A stretch of 64,000 nucleotides of DNA from the human T2T-CHM13v2.0 reference genome, Homo sapiens. The stretch lies in NCBI RefSeq assembly GCF_009914755.1, contig NC_060938.1; one strand, written 5' to 3'. Made by a program: the position numbers and the translations under genes. The notes beneath the pieces were generated by a model. The model was not told where the DNA came from. It saw only the letters and a program-made list of their open reading frames with translations, and did no database searches. Within the stretch, counting starts at the first letter, position 1. The number at the start of each line of letters is the position of its first letter. Of the stretch, positions 57,613 through 64,000 are shown one piece after another.

Positions 57613-58988
57613 ATAAAACAGTAGGAAAACATCAGCACAGTACTCTATTTTTTTCTTCAAATGTACTCAACTGACCCACTTCAATGTTTGAGGGTTTTCT
57701 TAAGCCTAAGAATTAGTCAAGTGTGAATGAGACCATCCTACAATTCAAAGTATACGAAAGTATAAATTCGTTCATCATGGCACCACCACCCCTGCACAGC
57801 ATCCCACACAGGCTGAACACTCCATAACATTTGCTGAATAAATGAAAGGTCGGAAGTAGGAGAGAATAAAAGGAAATAACACAGTCTCTGGAGTTAGACA
57901 AATCTAGGTTAGGATCCCAAATTTCCCCTCTGGAGACTTAAAACACTGATGAAGGCTCGGAATTCTGCTAAACATTTCATAAACATCATCTTATTTAATG
58001 CTTCTTCCTCCAACAGCTTTACGGCATTATTTCCTTTCATTTTGCACCTGGTGTAAACCAAGCAACTTGCCTAAAGCCACGAAGTTAGTTAACACTGAGT
58101 CTGAGCTCCCAGCCCCCATTTAAACTGTTTCTTACCACTGACTTTGAAACTTTGGGCACAGTATTTAATCACTCAATATGTTTAAGACTGTGTTTCTGAA
58201 GATTAAGCAAGATAGTATTTGTAAAGTGCATAGCACAGTGCCAGACAATACAAACTGCTCAATAAAAGGTAGTTCTTCTTATTAGAGTCACTAACTAGTG
58301 AGTCTACAGTGAGCTGTTTGAAGCAGAGGGACTTTTGGTTCTAAAAATTATACATTCTCTGGAAAACAGCCATTTTCAAGATCTAGGCAGCCAAAGAAAA
58401 AGGAGCAAATTATGACCAATATTTATCTTGGATATGGTCTAAAATCTCCAAAAGGGAGTAGCGAGCGGATAAATCCTTTGCTAGCCTGAAAGCAATGATC
58501 ATGCTTGAAGTTAGGGGGGGCCATACAGCTGTACATTACAGGAACCACTTCCCAAGGGGTCTTCAACACCCTTGGATTTTTCTCCAGCAAAGATGAGGTA
58601 GACAAATTCTGACCATTAACAACTTTCTTGGCAGGAAGCAGAACCATCTAATATTTCTTTCTATATTCTTCCACAATTTCAATTTTAGGTCCAGTGTATC
58701 TTTCTGTTTTACTCCCAATATCTTTGCTATTGTTTCATTGAGATAAAGGGCAATATTATTCAATGATCTTTCCAAGTCTAGCAAAGAACAAAAAAAGAAA
58801 TGAAATTTGGGTAAGTGCATGAATAAGCATAACCTCAAGAAATTTAAAGTAGCTAAAAAAAATTGGTCTAAAACAAATGTACATATTGGCAATTGTTGAA
58901 ATTGGGTGATGGGAGCTCATTATATTAGCCTCTTATGTTTATGTATGTTTGAAAATTTCCTTAATTAAAACTTAAAAATAAATTTAAG

Positions 58989-59266
58989 GGCCGGGCACAG
59001 TGGCTCAAGCCTGTAATCCCAGAACTTTGGGAGGCCGAGGCGGGTGGATCATGAGGTCAAGAGATCGAGACCAGCCCGGCCAACATGGTGAAACCCCGTC
59101 TCTACTAAAAATACAAAAATTAGCTGGGCAGGGTGGCGTGCCTGTGGTCCCAGCTATGCAGCAGGCTGAGGCAGGAGAATCACTTGAACCCAGGAGGCAG
59201 AGATTGCAGTGAGCCGCTACAGCCTGGCGACAGAGCAAGACTCCATCTCAAAAAAATAATAATAAT
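58989..59266 (+). mobile_element. Alu (Sc-like)
   Basis: Dimeric Alu; TSD AAATAAATTTAA. Confidence 0.92.
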
Positions 59267-61614
59267 AAATAAATTTAAAACTTTAGTTTTTCTTGAAAAC
59301 ACGGGTGAAGGATGAACCGGTAAACTGGGTCTCTATCACTGCTCTGGAAAGCAGCACAAAATGAGGAGCTCAGCTGAGGGATAAAAAGTGAGTGAAGAAA
59401 AAGAAGGATAAATTAATGTGAAACCAATAAAAATCATGTAGAAATGGAAAGTGTTTCTACCATGACTTTAATAATGAACTTCAAACAAGAAACCCAAGAC
59501 CACAAGACATCACTAAGGAGACTTCTGTATACAAGCAAAGCACACTTAAAAAAAATTTAACTACACTAGTTGTTTGCTCAAGCCTGGTTTGCATTTGGTT
59601 CTAATTGGCCAGGGAATATTCCAATCGAAAGGTGATTTATCTAAAGGGCAGGGAGCTTTGTGACAAACCAGCCAAAGTAAACCTGGAAATCTGGGGGTGG
59701 GACAGGATAAATTTTATTTTCAATTCACGATCACCTTCTGACAGGGTCACCTGGAAAGTTTTTCATTCCACCCAAAAGATAACCTAAAATTGATGAATCA
59801 TATCTACAGGATCTTTCTTTCCCTTACCCTAACTTACACAGTGTTTTTCCTTCCATTTGAGTTAAATTCTAGTCTGAAACCCTATCCCTATCCATTAAGT
59901 CAAAGCTAAATAAAAATATTTAACTTTCAATGTTAGTGGCCTCTTTCCATACCAATTAATCCTGACCTCCCTCAGAGCAAATTCTGCTCCTAGAATGATG
60001 AAGAAAAACTCCTAACACCTAAATTTACAAGAAACATTTAAAAACCCAATAAGAAGCCGTCTGCTCTTCCAGGTAGAAACTACCAGCATCTCAGCAACAC
60101 TGAGGCTGACCCTTCCCCTCCCCGACACACCTCCACCACAGAAGACAGCAAGGTCATTTAATGCAAAAATCAAACTAGTCAAAGACGAGTGACTAATCCA
60201 CCACCAACATGATGGAAGAAGAATAAAGAAACACTTTAGCATCAATCTCCTACAGAGTTCAGCTCACGCGGAATTTTTTTCCCCAAAGTAAAATTTAGAA
60301 AGCAGTATCTTCTAAGATTTACTTTACTTGGGTGCATTAATAACGATGCTTTCAGATATTCTATTCATGGCCTCTTGGCTTGGAAGTTGTACGGCAAACT
60401 GTGACTCCCCACTGCACTCATCCACCTCCACCCCTTCACTCCCACACGTTTCCAATCCTCACCACTTAGCCTTTATTCAGAGTGTTCCTCTCAGCGTATT
60501 AGAGAAATGAGAGAACAATGGTCTGTTCTGAGACAGGATCAGTCTTGAGACTGATTTGAGAAATACTATATTTATTGTCAAAGAGTGGTACATAGGTGAG
60601 TGTTCATCTTCCCTCTCATGCCGGTATACTCTGCTTCGCTGTTTCAGTAAAAGTTTTCCGTAGTTCTGAACGTCCCTTGACCACACCATAAGACAAGCGC
60701 AAGTCACTCAGAATTGCCACTGGAAAACTGGCTCAACTATCATTTGAGGAAAGACTGAGAAAGCCTATCCCAAAGTAATGGACATGCACCAACATCGCGG
60801 TACCTACATGTTCCCGTTTTTCTGCCAATCTACCTGTGTTTCCAAGATAAATTACCACCCAGGGAGTCACTTCCTGCTATGTGAACAAAAACCCGGTTTC
60901 TTTCTGGAGGTGCTTGACTACTCTCTCGTGAGCACTTAACTGGTTGTTTTGAGTGGACTTTGCCATCAATTCATAGTTAGGAAAAGGAAGGTGGTGGTGC
61001 AGGGCTCAGCATCAGGAGAGAATTTTCAGTCAAGAAGATGGTCTAACAATGTGCTGGGTCCCAGGGGGCAGAAGCAGCATTCAGAAGTGGAGTTTTACCC
61101 TTTCACACCTGCCCAACTCCACAAACCAACTGCCACATGGCAAAATCACAACTGCCTCCAGAATTCTGAGTGCTTTTGTAGAAATCTCTTCTGACCACAA
61201 TGAAGGGCAGTATTAGGTGGCTTTAAAGTAGGCATTTAAGATCATGAGGACACGTGTGTCTCAGATGATACACAGTGTTTCCAATACCCTTTCCCTCCTT
61301 TGGATCTTTGAGAACCTCGTCTTAAAATCGGACCACAGCCACAGCTTGTCTGGCTTTTGTCACCCACAAGAGCCAATATTTCAAAGTCAACAGAAGGTCA
61401 TCATCATGGTTCACCTGAGCCCCTTAACGTTGACTTTCGCTCAGAGGAGCTGGGGCGAGGGGTGGGGGGAAGCAGCGAGTAGAGACAAACCAGGCTGACT
61501 TCTTGGTTAAAAAACAAAGTTCGCTTACGGCCCTGGGAAGTCGACATACAACGGACTCCGAGTGCCTCCCGTCCCCGCGGGAGCAGCTGCGGCAGGGCGC
61601 CGAGCGCGTCCTAC

Positions 61615-61971
61615 CTTAGACCTCTCCTTGACGTAGTATTTGCCCAGCCGGCTCCCGCAGTAGAGGACCAGCCTGTCGATGAGGGACAGGAGGAAGCTGA
61701 TGGCCTCGCAGCCCTCCTCGTTGCCCCCGATCCACGTGATCTGGTCGCCCCGCAGGTGTCGCTTGGAGACGCCGGCGCGCGGCCCCGCCAGCTGGCCGTC
61801 CCGCAGGGCCCCGGTGCAGTGCAGCTGCTTGACGCGCTCCAGGACGCAGTCGCCCACCACCTCGCCCAGGAAGTTGTCCAGGTAGCAGAAGCCCACCTCG
61901 TGCAGACAGGGCACGATGTACTCCAGGGCAATTTTCTCCAGGTCCAGCCTCATGATGTGTCCCAGGGGCAT
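61615..61971 (-). CDS. EGLN3: EGLN3 (PHD3) coding exon 1, aa 1-119
   Basis: ATG at 61971 reads MPLGHIMRLDLEKIALEYIVPCLHEVGFCYLDNFLG...YYVKERSK; 357 nt, followed by donor AAG|GTAGGA. Confidence 0.99.
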
Positions 61972-62297
61972 CTCGCCCGCAGAATCGAGGTCCGGGATCC
62001 CCAGCGTGCAACCAGAGAGGGAACGATCTACACGAGCGCGAAGCCGAGGCGCGGGGAGCGTGGCCCGGGGTTCAGAAACCTGCGGCTGCCACGGTACCCG
62101 AGCCGCTGCAGCGTCGGGGACAAGGGAAAGTTTCTCGCAACTCTCGGGAGAAGGGATCTGCCTTCGGGAACCAGCGGGAGTGGTGCGGAGCTCCACGACC
62201 CGTTTCCGGACTGGCCCGGCGAGCAGTGCGGCGCAAGGAGTCGGAGGGCGCCTTTTGGGGATGGGAAGCCACCACTGCCGCGACTGCGGCCAGACTC
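61972..62297 (-). other. EGLN3: EGLN3 5'UTR (TSS about 62297)
   Basis: GC-rich and without an upstream AUG; TSS placed at GAGTCTGGCC from recollection of the mRNA 5' end and from a TATA-like CTTAAG about 25-30 nt upstream. Confidence 0.7.
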
Positions 62298-63211
62298 CGG
62301 GAGACGCTGAGGTCCGGCCCTTAAGCCGGCCGACTCCGCGCGTCACGGGCTCCGCCCCGGGACCGCCTCCGGGACCGCCCTTTCCCCCGCCCCGCTGCCA
62401 GTCACCCCCGCCTGCTCTGCCCCTCCGCGAAGGATCCCAGAGAGCCCGGCGCCAACCTTAGTTGTTTGTGACCAGGGGAGCGGCTGGAAAGCAGACTGAA
62501 TTTTTAGAATGCGCTGGATTTGCATATTGTTTTGCATAAAATCACATAACAAACTTGAAAACCTGGATCCCACACTGAAAATGTAAATAGAATTAACTGC
62601 CACATTCTGGGTTGGTCACCTCATAGACTTTTGAGCAAAATAATAACCCCAAAAACGAATATATTTATTAAGCAGTGGTCTTGTTCTACCTTTACCGGGT
62701 GTCTTTCCTTATTTACCCCATTCCTCTGCTGTTTGACCCAGTTCAAGCCACTGAGAGATTAGGAGGTATCTAGTTTTAACTAAAATTAATGCATTAACGA
62801 ATATTTCCCTCAGCCCCTACTGTGTGCAAGGCACTATGTGCTTGAGGAGCTGGGGATGAGCACAATGAAGAAATGCTGAGTCATATCTGATTGAACTCTG
62901 CAAATGGTGTATTTTGCTTTGCTTGATGTTTTCCTCTACTTACCTTTCAAGCTTCCTATTAAAATATGATGTTCCGAAATTCTACCTTCCAAATTAATCA
63001 CATGCTTCTGTAACAGTCAGAGGTATGTCCCCCAAAAGATACACTGTATTCTAGGTCTCTCACTTTTCCCACAAGCAGCTGTACTTTCACAAGAGGGACA
63101 GACACCACTGAGAAGACTTTGGTTATCTACAGATAAGCTGATTTGCTTTATGGAGTTTTGATTCCCTTTCCTACTGAACACCAGCGATCAGAATCAGGAA
63201 AAAATTCATAA

Positions 63212-63616
<405 letters not shown>

Positions 63617-64000
63617 TAAGTTGAAGAAAAGAATGTACAGGTTTTTCGGGTATTGTTTATTGTGGAAGCAAATTTCTACAGCTTTTTCACTTTTCTTCTT
63701 CCTCCAGCAGCCCTCTCCTCTCTGCCTCTGAGGGGAGAAAGGGAATGACATCCAGGACAAGAACAAAGAATAGAAGAGGAAAGGTGCTGCTACAAGTTGG
63801 AAAGAAGCAGACAGAGGCACGTGGTTGAGTAAGAACCTGGGGGATGGTGAAGGAGAGCAGTCAATGGTGGAGTGCTTAAGAAACTTTGATGAAACTTCTA
63901 GTTATATTGAGAGAGGTTCTCTGCCAAGTCAGTGATTAGTTGGCACCTTTGGTATTACCTTTGAGCAGGAGGTACCCCTCCTTGGGGTAAAGGCCATCAC

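Larger units (their letters stand above)
61520..62460. promoter_or_regulatory. CpG island / EGLN3 promoter
   Basis: High GC and CpG density over exon 1; GC boxes (CTCCGCCCC about 62350, CCCCCGCCCC about 62384), CRE-half site TGACGC (about 62340-62345), TATA-like CTTAAG at 62320-62325. Confidence 0.92.

Noticed and set aside
61756-62461. 181-184 aa ORFs antisense to EGLN3 exon 1
   Set aside because: Expected from stop-codon scarcity in a CpG island; no recognisable protein

Overview
Primate (human-like) genomic DNA containing the complete EGLN3 (PHD3, HIF prolyl hydroxylase 3) gene on the minus strand. Five coding exons (61971-61615, 42428-42309, 40425-40289, 38238-38165, 37128-37097) all have GT-AG boundaries and total 720 nt (239 aa + stop), with an intact H135-x-D137...H196/R205 2OG-dioxygenase site. 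The gene has a CpG-island promoter at about 61.5-62.5 kb, a hypoxia-response element in intron 1 at about 49.7 kb, and a roughly 1.7 kb 3'UTR with several AATAAA signals. The 35 kb downstream of the gene (positions 1-35400) is mostly transposon debris: an old L1 with nested THE1 LTRs and Alus, an AluYb8, a MER52 LTR, ERVL pieces, an LTR47-like element and Tigger1. The most striking unexplained structure is a 210-bp, about 92% identical, non-Alu inverted repeat (33017-33226 and 37263-37473) that brackets the terminal exon and all poly(A) signals. Its intron-4 arm contains a well-formed, in-frame 27-nt candidate micro-exon. Other notable items are a 5'UTR that is fully open in the CDS frame and resembles the rat SM-20 N-terminal extension, an ERVL arranged as pol-PPT-LTR-PBS-gag, inverted Alus around exons 2-3, and an L2-derived distal poly(A) signal. 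Repeat subfamily names are by-eye calls from memory and need RepeatMasker/Dfam confirmation.
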